Source of the DNA: an uncultured Microbacteriaceae bacterium
Lineage (GTDB): Bacteria; Actinomycetota; Actinomycetes; Actinomycetales; Microbacteriaceae
Reading direction: 5' to 3'
Length of the DNA stretch: 64,000 bases
NCBI GenBank assembly: GCA_964540305.1
Contig: CAZILZ010000002.1
Span: forward strand, 28,330-92,329
Shown here one piece after another: positions 63,755 through 64,000 of the stretch; within the stretch, counting starts at the first letter, position 1; every line of letters begins with the position of its first letter. Under the pieces are notes generated by a model. That model did not search any database. It worked only from the letters and a program-made list of their open reading frames with translations, and had not been told where the DNA came from. Position numbers and translations under genes: made by a program.

Positions 63755-64000
63755 GTCGTACCACCGGGGGCTCGAGTACCACCGAACTGTGCCGCCCACC
63801 CGGGCGCGAGCTTCTGGATCTGCCGCCCGCGCAGCCGCCAGAACACCGCGAAGCCGAGCCCCGCGAACGGCGTCAGCAGCCCCGCGCGCACGTCGAGCGT
63901 GTCGTGGAAGCGCGTGCGCGTCGCGGGGCTCAGCGGGTTGGGCGCCACGGCCATGCGGTGGTGCCACCCCGTGACGACCGTCATCGCCCCGCTCAGCGGG
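63751..64000 (-). CDS. C-terminal fragment of an unidentified protein (gene continues beyond the window)
   Basis: The frame is open to the window edge and its stop overlaps the DUF1684 start. No recognisable motif. Confidence 0.35.
   Translation of the reverse strand, partial: PLSGAMTVVTGWHHRMAVAPNPLSPATRTRFHDTLDVRAGLLTPFAGLGFAVFWRLRGRQIQKLAPGWAAQFGGTRAPGGTT

Noticed and set aside
1-64000. Search for LexA/SOS boxes (GAAC-N4-GTTC / TCGAAC-N4-GTTCGA) near lhr, nei, SRAP, photolyase and nuclease genes
   Set aside because: I checked the CGAAC occurrences I could find by eye. None is followed by GTTC at the 4-nt spacing, so no SOS box is supported.

Overview
High-GC actinobacterial chromosome, probably Micrococcales/Microbacteriaceae-like. 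This is judged from sampled flanking lines at about 73-78% G+C, a bS22 ribosomal protein gene, an LAxTG sorting signal and an lhr-nei pair. Most of the window is ordinary, densely packed core genome. It includes nucleoside salvage genes (BMP lipoprotein, add, nucleoside phosphorylase), pgm, pheA, serS, three tRNAs (Ser-UGA, Ser-GCU, Arg-ACG), psuG plus a PfkB kinase, photolyase, upp, tadA, a CDF transporter, proC, trkAH, bS22, an SRAP peptidase, a DUF305/Asp-box lipoprotein cluster, nei-lhr and a DEAD-box helicase. Many long ORFs in the supplied track are antisense or run-on artefacts of the high GC content; I trimmed starts where a neighbouring gene, an RBS or a conserved N-terminus allowed it.

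Two regions stand out. (1) An ~11.5 kb lower-GC insertion (about 8963-20480) lies between the convergent genes pheA and a DAG-kinase-family gene. It carries a same-strand, tightly or translationally coupled cassette: a 3-TM protein, an exported vWA (MIDAS) single-pass membrane protein with a polyproline tail, and a 1131-aa protein whose N-terminus has tubulin/FtsZ-type G-box motifs (GVGGSGGK, AGGSGAGM). These are followed by a 628-aa coiled-coil protein, a 625-aa coiled-coil multi-TM protein, and then a membrane-anchored DUF1524/HNH-type nuclease. I regard this as the candidate uncharacterised system, either a membrane/cytoskeletal module or a conflict system. (2) A 9.7 kb gene encodes a 3236-aa LAETG-anchored surface protein with about 11 tandem two-cysteine Ig-like domains.

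Smaller observations:
- Two related 21-nt palindromes upstream of the nucleoside-salvage genes.
- A RecA-NDp/PafBC-like promoter in front of lhr.
- A candidate intergenic sRNA.
- An un-tracked 32-aa bS22 gene.
- A perfect 3 x 15-bp repeat at the tadA stop codon.

I found no CRISPR array, transposase, integrase or rRNA gene.
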